Shown piece by piece: positions 32,501 to 40,374 of a DNA stretch of 59,501 bases. The translations under genes were made by a program, and so were the position numbers. Within the stretch, counting starts at the first letter, position 1, and each line of letters opens with the position of its first letter. The notes under the pieces are model-generated. The model saw nothing but the letters and a program-made list of their open reading frames with translations, was not told where the DNA came from and did no database searches. This stretch comes from a virus (lineage: Duplodnaviria > Caudoviricetes): the IMG/VR virus record IMGVR_UViG_3300025767_000017, positions 1 to 59,501 of that record; one strand, written 5' to 3'.

Positions 32501-35500
32501 TATGTCTTAAATAGCCAATATCCTGCAACAGCATCACTAGTATTATATGTATTTTCTTCAGAATAAAAGCCTACAAAATTATCTTCAGAATTAAATAATT
32601 CGCCTATAATACCAAATATACCATTAGTGTTTATTAAGTATAAAACAGCACTATCTCTATATGTTGACACATAATACACTTCAGCTGAGCCTGTGTCTGT
32701 TTGTACAATATCTCCTTTGGTAGGTAATGTTACAAATGCTTCAATAAAGAAAATATGATCTATTTTTTGTTGTATAATATGTTCTTTTGACAGTACGCTG
32801 GTAGTTATTTCAGGGATCTGGTTATCAAACGGTAGATATATATCTGTTGTAGGATATGAAAAACTGCGTCTGTTCCAATATAAATTAATTCTGTCGCCAG
32901 CGCTGCTCGCTCCATTAACTTGCGATGTGCCGTTAGTGCCGGTATACATATCTTTAGGAGCTCTTACTAAGAAATGGTCTACAACATTATTAGGTAATCC
33001 AGGATCGCCTGAAACTAGTAATGTTAACGAAGTAGAATCAGCATCTGATTGTTCAGAAATATTAATGTAAGAATCAAAACTCGTAAACGGTTGAGCTTCA
33101 ATTTCTGGAAGTATTTCTCTATTCGCTTTCCATAAGCTTTCTTTATATTTTACAATTGCTCCTTTATTATACGTTACTGTACTATCGAAGTCTCCTGTAA
33201 ATTTAGTTTTTACATTACTTGCACCAGGAATACCAATTACTAAATATTCGCCATCCGGAGACACATCAATACTTTTACCAAATTCACTATTAGTAGGATC
33301 GTATAATGTAATTGGAGAAGCAATTGCAGTCCAATGTGTTGCAATTTCTTCATCGTCGAATTGATCGCCGCTAACATGTGAAGCTATTGCAGTGTAATAC
33401 GTTCTAGAACTATCTAGGTCATAAACTACTTTATCCCCTTTAAAGAAAGTAGTGTTAGATTTCCACGGCAATACTCGATCAGGTGACAGTATTTCTTGGT
33501 CAATCTTTAATTCGCTAGATTCGTTAGTTCTTCTATAATAATCAACCTTTCCGTTGTTGTCAGTTGATGACGATATGAACAAGTTTCTATTATCACTAGT
33601 AACTGCCATACTCTCTGAAAAGTTTTGGCGATCACTTAAAAATGCTGTATTATTAATAATAGTTTGATTTCGACTGTAGACTTTTGAATTTTCAATCACT
33701 GCCCAATCGTTATTATATTGTTCAATCCAGAAACGCTGTCCGTCATATAACTTATTCTGTGCAAGTGTATTTGCTTCTTCAAGTGTAGTTGTACGAACAG
33801 AACGTAGTTTAGTTAACAAGAACTTTTGATTTAAGAAACTAGTAGGTGTTATATCTGTAGAAATTCTAATCTTTATTTTATCGAGATTAACGCTATCAAC
33901 AACATAAAGTCCTTCTAGATCAAATTCAGTTGCAGCTCGAACACCTATAATATCTAACGGTTGTACTAGACTGCTTGCCCATCTATTCAATGTTAGTTCT
34001 ACTAATGGGTCTCCAGACACAATAGATGTTTCGTTGTTATTATCTAACGCAAGAACATCTGTTTCAAGACTAACATGCTGATATACATTCCAAGGATTTT
34101 CTTGTACTTCGGTGACCCATATGTAATCTCCAAGGCCTAACAAGTTAACATTACCTAATGGTAATTCAGCCGTAGTGCCAGCTACAAAAGTAACATCTTC
34201 TTCTCTTACGAACCCGCCAGTTTTGATTACTTCCCGACTTAGCGGCGTTGTTGGAAACGGAGCATGAGTGTAATCTAACGGTTTATCGTATGCTTCATGC
34301 GCTAAAATTCTGTAATGCTTGTCAAAGTTTGTTAATGGTAAGCTAGTAACTAATTCAATTGCTTGAGGCGACTCTTGCATTTTATCTTGTTTTAAGTTAT
34401 ATTCTACTTGTGCAATATCATCAATAGCACCGTATCGACCAACTTGCAATGCCCATTCTTCGTAAAATTCTAACGAGTCTTGCCCTGCGCTACTCAATGC
34501 TGTGAACATTTTTGACAGAGCATTTTTTGTGCCTTTGTCTTGAATGAATCCTTGATAAAATTTATATTGTGACACATCATCAGGAATGATGTTAGCAAGA
34601 TACTGACGTTTTTGGAAACCAGTAAAATGTTTTGCCATCTTTTGCAATTCAGGATCAAACCCTTGCGCATCTAAGCTATAAAAATCTGTAAATTGATTAG
34701 TTCTATAATCAAAGTTTGTAATCAATTCGGGCTCTGGTTTTTCGCTAAGTCTAAACCAACTATTAGTGTTAAAGGTAGCAGCGCCTGGGACGTTCTCAAT
34801 TGCTACATAATAAAACTGTTTGTATTTTACAAGACTTCCAATACCGTAGTCTTTCCATATTGCCCAGTCTGTTACTTTGGCGTCATCGTAAATAAATCCA
34901 GGAATATTCAAACTACCGTTCCAGTTTGCTGCTCGGTATCCGCTGATTTTTATTCTTTCTTGTCTATAACCTGTTCTAGGCTGAAAAATAATATCATTAA
35001 AGACTGTTGTATTATCAATTAATATAACATGTTCTTTTTGGACTAATGGCAAAACAACACTGTATAATCCGTCTTCAGTGTCTACAGTTTCTATGCCAAA
35101 ACTATTTTTATTTCTTAATAAACTGTTAAACTCGCTTGTTAACGGTTGTCCGTTTGCTTGTAAGATGCTGTAATTATAAAATGCATCATTAATGTCGTCA
35201 ACAACATAATAGTCTTTAGTAAAATTAAACTTGTTAGCTGCCGGCGATATAGTTATAACTGTTCCAGATGCCCACCCTTGTGTGGTCCAGAATAAAAATT
35301 CTCTTGCACTTTGGTCCCAGTTATTAACAGATCCGTCTAATTCCACATAATTAAAATCAAAGCCTAAATCATTTAATCTAGCACCGTAACCTAATAAGAA
35401 ATCAACTACTTCTTGTGAAGTTTTAAGAGTTGTTCCGTATGGTAGCGATAATGCCGTAGCTGTATCAAAATTGCGTTTAAATAGTGCAGTCTTTCCTCCA

Positions 35501-38500
35501 ACGATAGGAAGGTCTGGAAGTTTTGCAAGATTATCAGTACTAAAAGCATCACCCGAAGTAAAAGTTTTTATAACTCTATAATAAGAATTATTATTTTCTA
35601 CAATAACATCTTGTGGGAAAACTGTTCGCGCTCTCCATTCTGATGTTACTTCGCTTATTCCGCCTACAGTTATTGGAACTGCTTTAGCTCCAGTGATAGG
35701 TGCGTAGTAATCAAAGAAAGGAACTTGGTTATTATAACCTCTTATAATAAATCCGTTTGCTGACTTTTCAACAACTACTCCACTATATACTGCAACAGAC
35801 TGAGGCGAACTAGTGTTAAGGAATAATTGATAATTTTCTTGAGGGACATAAATGCCGCCTTCTTCTAACTGCTGTTGAGGGCTACGACTATCAAGTATCA
35901 AGTTTATTTTTTGTTTGTCACTAAATCCGCCTAACTTAATGCCTAACTGATTAGTGATCGATTTTACATTAGTTTGATAATCTTGATATACTGTTAAAAC
36001 ATCACTAGCTACTAAGTTGTAAATATAATTTACAAGGCCAGCAGTGTTTATTCTTGTAGTATCGTTGTATGTATTAGGAAATATTAAATCACTAAGTACA
36101 ATATTCTTACCTGTAGTAGAATATATTTTTTGTCCTACTAAGTTAGTAATTGCTCGTGACAAGTCAAATGCTTCTCCAATTGTGCTCGAAGGCTTATTTA
36201 AGACCAAACTGTTAATAATAGCAAATGGATAGTCAGAACTTCTACGCCATGCTGTTTCAACAGGTGCTTCATCACCAAATTTAAAATTGCCAGTTGACTG
36301 TCTTAGAATAAATTGGCGTACATATCCACTTTCTTGTGGATGCTTTAATTTGCCTAATGAATCTACTGGAATAAATCCTAATAATCCCGGTCTAGCATAA
36401 TCTAAGTCATATCTAATATTGCCAGGTTCTGCAATTTTGCCTTCTTGTATATCTGTCCAAAGAATTAAATTGTCTCTAGTGTATGGAGCAGTACCGTACA
36501 CTTCGTTCCACCAAGACGGTTTAATTTTAAAACCTTGCATTTCCCACGGATGACTGTGAGGTCTGTCAGTGTCAAATGCACGTTTGTATAACCCTCTCCA
36601 AAATCCTGGATTGGTTTGTCCTTGAGCATTTGTCGCAGATGAATAGTTAAATGTAAACGGATTTAATCTATCGTAAAAATAGTTGTCAGTATAATCATTG
36701 TCTACATATGCTAACCATTGTGTAAAGTTAGACAATAAACTTCTATCTACTTCTGTTTTTGTAAATTCGTTTGTTCTAAAGTCGCCGCCGACAAATTTAT
36801 CAACATTAATAGTATTAGCATTGTAGTCAACTTTTATATTGTTAAAGATTCTTTTTTCAAAATCTAATAACAATTCGTCTCTAAAGTCTAAGTATGCTCT
36901 AATGTAACTTCCGTCGTGTCCTTTAATAAATGGAATTCCAACAGGATATGCATCATATTCTACGTTGTCTGAAACACCATACGAACTGTCAGTTGTAGGC
37001 ATGTAAAGAACTCTGTTCAGTCCAATGAACAAACTAGTATGTGACGTTCCTGAACCACCATTTGCTAAATCAGCAGCGTTTGCAGCAGCAGGCGTTGTAT
37101 ATATCGGATAGAACCATCCTCTAGTTCCTGCCTTAGTAAATCCGTTTTCTATTTCCCCGTAAATTTTATAAGGACCAGTAGTAGATGGTTCGGCCGTTTG
37201 GTAAGTGTCATCTATTGTTAACTCGGGCGTAAACTTAGGGTACATACCTAATTTGGTAGGTGTTGGTGCAATGTATGTTCCGTCAGTACTTAGATATTCA
37301 TATATTTCAATAATATCATCAACTTCTTGTCCAGCATCTATTAGTACATATCCGTCTGGATCAAACGTGTAATCTAACCCGTGTACCAATTGACGTGAAT
37401 TTAAGTAAACATTAACTGATTTAGCACTTAAAGTAGACAGCGTAAACGGTGTAGTTAATGCATAACTTGTAATTCTGCTATCTAAAACAGTATATGTTAT
37501 TGTATTCGAAGGACCATGCGAAATCATATCGGAAAAATAAAACGGCTGTGTTTTAATTTTATCTTTATTAATTTCTTGAATTATTTTATCAACATGTTGT
37601 TTGGTTTCACCGTCAAATCCTAAAGATTCAGCAGTTTCTAAAAATACTCTTTTAAATTTAGAATATTCATTTCCTGCAAAAGTTAGAGCTTTTATTAGAT
37701 TGTATTCTTTGTTTAATAAATGATACAATGAAAGATTTAACGGACTTGCATGTTTTACAAATCTTTTGCCGAATTTATCTAAATCACCAAGGTCTCTTAA
37801 ATTACTAGTTCCAGGAAATACACCTCTAAACTCAGTAAGTTCTCCAACCATACTATCAACATGGTCAATAACTTCTCCTAGAGTAAATTCTGTTATGTCA
37901 TCGTTTAAAGGATTTCGCTCTAAATTAATAGGCAATTCATAGTAACCATTATTATTTTTATTTGCAGAACTATATGCTTTAATAGTGACAACATCGTCAA
38001 TTAAGAGATCGTTATAAAATCTTACCAATGCTGTTTCATTTATTCTATCAAGTTCGTAATCAGTTAAACGAAATTTTAATTTACTATTAACGTATACAAT
38101 AACTTTTAAATCATTTAAGCTACCTGCATTATTAAAAACATCAATCTCAAAATTATTATTTAAAATGTTTGTTGCAGTATATTGTTTAACTACATACTGC
38201 TTACTCTGAGTAGGAGTGCTTGACCAACCGTTTACATAATCAAACGTTGTTCTATTTTTATACTTTCTTAAATTTGCAGTATCAGTTTTAACAGTAATAA
38301 CTGTATCTACATTTTGTACACTAACCGTGTCATTTAATAAATTAAATTCAAATAAAATGTCTCCGCTGTTTTCTAACTTTCTGTAAGATAACGGAAATCC
38401 TAATTCAACATCATTAGTTGTGTCGCCTTCTTTATAGGAAAATATCTTTGTGCCTCTAAATGTACTAGAATTAAATACATTTAAATCACCATAAGAGTTG

Positions 38501-40374
38501 CCTAGAGGGCAGCATAAATCAAATAGCGGCGGTTGATTAGTTTTTGTTTTTTCTTGAGCAAGGAGCCAAGTATTTTCGTGATAATGGAAAGTTTGGCCTC
38601 CATACTTGTTGCCTTGTGTAACAAAAACAGTCTCTAAGTCTAAAGGCATTGTATCAGAAGTTTCTATTAAACTAATCTGACGAGTATTGTTTATTGTAAC
38701 AAATTTAACTTGATAAATTTTTCCATTAACACGAATGTCAGTGTCGGCTACAAATGCGATTCTCATGCCTTCTGCTAAATCAACACCATCGATATTATAC
38801 CCTAGTTGTCCTTCGATAGTAGAAAAGACATCTTTTGTAAAGGTATCTATTAGATCAATATCAGTTTTTGCTTCAACACCAAAATTATATAATTTTAGTC
38901 CTGCTTCAAATTCAATAATAGGACGCTTGGCTCTAAATGTTTCGTCAATATTAACTGCTAATCCGTTGTATTCATAGCTTTTGATTAAAACATCTTTATG
39001 GAACCATTTATTATAACGACTCCAAGCATTTTTGTCTAAACTTGCACGATTGATTACTAGATAATCTTTGTCAACAGCGTATGCACTCGCATTTGCAAAA
39101 GGCAAATTATCAAAATTTTCTGAATCAAAAGGAACTAGTACGTCTTGGCTATACGCAGCAGGAATGATTAAATCTCGTTCATTTATTAAAACAATCTTAG
39201 ATCCAACGCCTTCGACGTACCACTGATCACGTGCATAAATTGCAGGAGAAACATCGCCTTGGAATGTTATCTTCATTCCGTTTGTTAATTCAACACCATT
39301 TGCACTAGTGTAATATTTTTTTCCTAAAATTTCATCAGTAACATTAAGAACTGTATTTTCTTCAATATCATAAATGCGTATAACTCCGCTTGTATCAATT
39401 GAGTTTTTGCTAATGTAAAATAGACGATTAGGTGCATTTAATGGAATAGTGAATTCAATTATACCTTTTTCGATATAGGCAACTGCAACACTTTCGCCTT
39501 CCTCACCTAGTTTAATAATGCCGTCAGGGTATAGTGTCGAAACATTAGTGTCAGCTTCAAATGATACACTACCGCTAGAAGGAAGAACTATAAATTCTCC
39601 TACATCATACAACGAATCGTTGCTATCATACAGTGTAGTATCAAATAATCCGTCAGTTCTTAGGCCTTCTGAACCAGCAGTAATAATGGAAACGCCAGGA
39701 GTAAAACTTCTACTAATTGCAATCGCCATAGGATGTCCAGGAGTATTGATTTCAAATCGATACTTCTGTCCTCTATAAAGTTTTAAATTAGGATTGCGTG
39801 TTAATCCATCATTGAACACATATGCTAGATTGTCGCCTTGATCTTCTAGTGTTACTGTATATGTACTAGTTACTTCTTTACTTTGACCTCTAACAGCAAC
39901 ACTTAAAGGGCCGTTTGGTGCCCAGTAGTATTCACGAAAGTTTGTAAACTTATCCCAATCAATATTTGGATTCCAAGAATAATATTCACTACTATTCAGT
40001 CTACTTTGATTAGTTGTATTCGCACCAAGAAAACTTAACATACCAATGTAATCATTATAATCTTTATAAAATGTTACATTGTCTAGACCATCTTTAATTA
40101 CAGTTGCAGGTTCTAACTGATAGCTTTCTCTATTTGACGAAACGTCACCGATATAGTTATCTGTTGTCTTGTAAGACTTTGCTGTTTTACGACCAACAAA
40201 TCCATTAAGTTTTTCAGCTTCTCCGGGCTGGATCATTTGATCCATAGTTGCTTGCAAAAACTTCCTATTAGCTTCTGTACGAAAGAATTTAGGGATTAAA
40301 TCACTTGCAGATCTATTATTGTTTGCGCCAGGAACTGGCAAAGAATTTTCGTTTTGATTGTTATTATTTGCCAT
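23500..40374 (-). CDS. Giant (5624 aa) baseplate wedge/virion structural protein
   Basis: Uninterrupted 16.9-kb ORF directly after gp6; FG-GAP/beta-propeller-like repeats (FGKSIDVSPDGEYLVIG, FGYSIAFG); ITNPGRGY..AP/GTGATA repeats typical of T4-like structural proteins; FTGNGSTVNF-type repeats. Confidence 0.8.
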   Translation of the reverse strand: MANNNNQNENSLPVPGANNNRSASDLIPKFFRTEANRKFLQATMDQMIQPGEAEKLNGFVGRKTAKSYKTTDNYIGDVSSNRESYQLEPATVIKDGLDNVTFYKDYNDYIGMLSFLGANTTNQSRLNSSEYYSWNPNIDWDKFTNFREYYWAPNGPLSVAVRGQSKEVTSTYTVTLEDQGDNLAYVFNDGLTRNPNLKLYRGQKYRFEINTPGHPMAIAISRSFTPGVSIITAGSEGLRTDGLFDTTLYDSNDSLYDVGEFIVLPSSGSVSFEADTNVSTLYPDGIIKLGEEGESVAVAYIEKGIIEFTIPLNAPNRLFYISKNSIDTSGVIRIYDIEENTVLNVTDEILGKKYYTSANGVELTNGMKITFQGDVSPAIYARDQWYVEGVGSKIVLINERDLIIPAAYSQDVLVPFDSENFDNLPFANASAYAVDKDYLVINRASLDKNAWSRYNKWFHKDVLIKSYEYNGLAVNIDETFRAKRPIIEFEAGLKLYNFGVEAKTDIDLIDTFTKDVFSTIEGQLGYNIDGVDLAEGMRIAFVADTDIRVNGKIYQVKFVTINNTRQISLIETSDTMPLDLETVFVTQGNKYGGQTFHYHENTWLLAQEKTKTNQPPLFDLCCPLGNSYGDLNVFNSSTFRGTKIFSYKEGDTTNDVELGFPLSYRKLENSGDILFEFNLLNDTVSVQNVDTVITVKTDTANLRKYKNRTTFDYVNGWSSTPTQSKQYVVKQYTATNILNNNFEIDVFNNAGSLNDLKVIVYVNSKLKFRLTDYELDRINETALVRFYNDLLIDDVVTIKAYSSANKNNNGYYELPINLERNPLNDDITEFTLGEVIDHVDSMVGELTEFRGVFPGTSNLRDLGDLDKFGKRFVKHASPLNLSLYHLLNKEYNLIKALTFAGNEYSKFKRVFLETAESLGFDGETKQHVDKIIQEINKDKIKTQPFYFSDMISHGPSNTITYTVLDSRITSYALTTPFTLSTLSAKSVNVYLNSRQLVHGLDYTFDPDGYVLIDAGQEVDDIIEIYEYLSTDGTYIAPTPTKLGMYPKFTPELTIDDTYQTAEPSTTGPYKIYGEIENGFTKAGTRGWFYPIYTTPAAANAADLANGGSGTSHTSLFIGLNRVLYMPTTDSSYGVSDNVEYDAYPVGIPFIKGHDGSYIRAYLDFRDELLLDFEKRIFNNIKVDYNANTINVDKFVGGDFRTNEFTKTEVDRSLLSNFTQWLAYVDNDYTDNYFYDRLNPFTFNYSSATNAQGQTNPGFWRGLYKRAFDTDRPHSHPWEMQGFKIKPSWWNEVYGTAPYTRDNLILWTDIQEGKIAEPGNIRYDLDYARPGLLGFIPVDSLGKLKHPQESGYVRQFILRQSTGNFKFGDEAPVETAWRRSSDYPFAIINSLVLNKPSSTIGEAFDLSRAITNLVGQKIYSTTGKNIVLSDLIFPNTYNDTTRINTAGLVNYIYNLVASDVLTVYQDYQTNVKSITNQLGIKLGGFSDKQKINLILDSRSPQQQLEEGGIYVPQENYQLFLNTSSPQSVAVYSGVVVEKSANGFIIRGYNNQVPFFDYYAPITGAKAVPITVGGISEVTSEWRARTVFPQDVIVENNNSYYRVIKTFTSGDAFSTDNLAKLPDLPIVGGKTALFKRNFDTATALSLPYGTTLKTSQEVVDFLLGYGARLNDLGFDFNYVELDGSVNNWDQSAREFLFWTTQGWASGTVITISPAANKFNFTKDYYVVDDINDAFYNYSILQANGQPLTSEFNSLLRNKNSFGIETVDTEDGLYSVVLPLVQKEHVILIDNTTVFNDIIFQPRTGYRQERIKISGYRAANWNGSLNIPGFIYDDAKVTDWAIWKDYGIGSLVKYKQFYYVAIENVPGAATFNTNSWFRLSEKPEPELITNFDYRTNQFTDFYSLDAQGFDPELQKMAKHFTGFQKRQYLANIIPDDVSQYKFYQGFIQDKGTKNALSKMFTALSSAGQDSLEFYEEWALQVGRYGAIDDIAQVEYNLKQDKMQESPQAIELVTSLPLTNFDKHYRILAHEAYDKPLDYTHAPFPTTPLSREVIKTGGFVREEDVTFVAGTTAELPLGNVNLLGLGDYIWVTEVQENPWNVYQHVSLETDVLALDNNNETSIVSGDPLVELTLNRWASSLVQPLDIIGVRAATEFDLEGLYVVDSVNLDKIKIRISTDITPTSFLNQKFLLTKLRSVRTTTLEEANTLAQNKLYDGQRFWIEQYNNDWAVIENSKVYSRNQTIINNTAFLSDRQNFSESMAVTSDNRNLFISSSTDNNGKVDYYRRTNESSELKIDQEILSPDRVLPWKSNTTFFKGDKVVYDLDSSRTYYTAIASHVSGDQFDDEEIATHWTAIASPITLYDPTNSEFGKSIDVSPDGEYLVIGIPGASNVKTKFTGDFDSTVTYNKGAIVKYKESLWKANREILPEIEAQPFTSFDSYINISEQSDADSTSLTLLVSGDPGLPNNVVDHFLVRAPKDMYTGTNGTSQVNGASSAGDRINLYWNRRSFSYPTTDIYLPFDNQIPEITTSVLSKEHIIQQKIDHIFFIEAFVTLPTKGDIVQTDTGSAEVYYVSTYRDSAVLYLINTNGIFGIIGELFNSEDNFVGFYSEENTYNTSDAVAGYWLFKTYQIGEDPTPQTTEVSSNNGFTYSNNSRYYDVGRGLVYADVRKLADIIAEQPLNVYSNIQDTITSVGPYVNRNNQASFINHLAYFGDNGGIESSKNSTKFVIRTSKIYSDIIYPRFIANGPLSENPTLINIKYFDNENFNLAQSGFIVSDITRTDAVIQDMWDGYIDFDFTEFDFQGNVFEPEVGDILVDVQIPRDGQGGLARNSTTTSAAEVMLYQRNFNAVRVYVNVLTQAEFEQKTNRTDLTVGGRFQQLTNIGRFNIKRLSRSGSDPDQSTGRISDVNNDIVLGSSLIGKLLVIDAERNFPATTTWDNILPVTDQEYYFFNEDIITGVARAANPPFSLNKDYTQVYNIPADKTGSLGPLNQGAVSIYRKDANGVYQYQITLVSEYAAKDKRFGTQVKITQTGNDYTLMISNEPTGAARDEALEWRQNPGSIEIYKHGVDNSQTFKGLYQFDSAYNVNDVVVWRDDFYIARKSSTVTQDNITDSIYWNKISWKRAKDENYRGTFDTSISYKLNDIVYYNTNFWKATTNVPKAEGVPTASNTSWETVDSKIDYLGLLPNLTLNAYYSESVYDPETNISQFAEKFDISDDAQVLVVTTKLELSDSSYQKQLAIYRLNDKKYVLDQIINAPASSFELQDHDNNAGTSDVWINKNLWADSVSINPAGTKIAVSVPLDDALSVDQGAVWIYSYDTATEKFGTINGVDINGVTVTIPNTVINSPNNEAVERFGYSIAFGNENLLISSQNGDQLIPTRFDTYSNTLADRAYVLDTTSEERLETTFDNNFTSFKNIKVDKGTIYVYENVQDSLVYSEQLIFKDTQTDFGRNLLINNNHIYTGIPNFISGDYRGAVLDYRKTKNKKSWNILRSSITPVDISKIKGVFLYNKRTNQIVSYIDYIDAVQGKIAGVADQEITFKTPYDPASYNVGLLSDETVDPAKHWNQSHVGQIWWNISNARFNYAYQGSTTFQRNEWNTLLPGASIDIYEWVESDYLPSQWNQLADTDNGVPLGISGTALYGDTKYSAKLSYDDISQTFSTKYYFWVENKLTIPTIENRRLNCVNIKDLIQSPRENGYRYISFIGDNKFVLNNFNNLITSDDLVLNIRYSTGNNDAQNEHKQYQLLSDKLATSKPNFDIERKWFDSLIGFDSNNRIVPDPKIPVAKRQGIQNRPRQGMFVNRVEALKQSVERINLVLSENLIVDEYNISPLLLKEEVPTIAGKEYDIQIDTFEELEFISTNKLTPAILTPVIVNGRVIRVAITNPGRGYKVAPSYQFEGAGTGATLDITINNLGQITNVEVLTQGSDYTEATLLTVRKFTVLVLADSTSFNKWALYEWNTSLNRWFRTSIQDYNVTAYWDYIDWYDAGYNQFTDVDYTVDSSYQLSSINDTIGDIIKINNVGTGGWLLLEKESNQNTEDYTINYKTVGRQNGTIQFKDSLYDYAKNTTGYDNKSYDSVFYDNNPVKELRIILETIRDNIFVTDLEIEYNQLFFASLRYILSEQPNVDWMFKTSFISATHKLGALKQDITFQYNNLEDFESYVREVKPYSTNIREFVDNYENLDNTRSSISDFDLPPYYNTITGKITPSNATIDSNVIVGAEDNTTVYPRKHWSDNLGYQIKEIKLSDSGTGYTFVPTVRFEGGGGTGATAKAVIAYGKVTHILVTNTGNGYTTAPSVIIEGPQNEISTPAAATAILGNGLVRTPHIRVKFDRLSGKYTYETILKQTLHTGTGAETRFNLPYPIDLNNDKVQIFVDGIEQLRSKYTYSNVEDNTSTYTREKGRIIFAKPPSLGAVIEIKYQLPMSMLSAEDRILHSYNPSANMYSRELSQLMSGIDYGGVEVRSFDFQGVSGWDTRGWFSDQWDQFDNTFEDEVFTADGSTIAVQLSAPLEAGAVYNLYKNGVRIDATDFVAGTPAVPGVPAVPGLPADAEYNNGALITENNGTVFDRALTVNGLKLVVAGAVGGQLAVPDEWAKKTARTFELITDPNGAGINTTHQRNFIKTLRGDAGTWHAGIPTIQRVAYNGGSTYTPNWLEDVNVASYAGLQAFNDSVAQKDMVWYKNINGNNPPTQRRDIEEIFEHVFHTVHAFGIPGAVPGSIDAVEMNPDIRINNEPSFDWKNTAIHLAMKEAIDAGLYDPSGYATDWNTDPEKAAVAYTEYTYLVNWSMWDMSVYWDNGTLSPEWDDSLKTPAGMLANNPLGYALFNTYFAPVLSKPDFATIESIFGENDTGVSGYVVDELVGGTPEVAAIPEVPGSSATNVNAITNSITGDGVTDVIYVQDLGIEILEGDLFVVRKITSDGSIIPDETGYDTALSGGDLLYTSATGVNAEDIITDGDGFISAAASAGPEELVPGQIFDTLDIKVYTRESGGQGKIFSQSYRLDTTVTTYELGVIPSSVDSIIVKIDNVILSRENADYTINWKLGTVTIDNTIPSFVDNATLSIVTVAQAGQNILDFGNYIADESTITFETQVRFQADLDIFVSVDGVKQTVTFNESPLTGNVTFTFDTVPTVDSVIYYALFDSNTQINYSQMKKDTFTGNGSTVNFTLSSAPFYNRPTQHNLIVKVGNNILSPGYNVQYTIPANSQREYLLETFQNQPGSLLTEDIKVFLNGTEIFTPTSWRFDIANSSVVLTDDVGIPGDIVELYVITDGEYTLTSPTTVTLTNAPADEATVEIFQFSNHDILGIERINYNVVSRVTLQLENPDYNTYNRLSVGEINLRVPAIDSKYVWVIKNGILLTPDVDYAISDSKNKVQLAVIPDKFDTIDVMHFTAEENVSKFSYRQFKDILNRTHFKRLDASATTLAQPLNYYDLRIEVTDSSLLSEPNKGQNLPGIIFINGERIEYFVKEGNLLRQIRRGTLGTGIKETHAVGSKVFDQNISKTIPYSDSNIVQNFTADGVTALFDVSASTSSINELEVFVAGQRMRKNSINTFIPVFELDSPEGDYENTAEVIFNIETQQIELKVVPVEGSRVTIIKKQGKIWNEGTKSLGKTENAIARFLRAGTSELPE

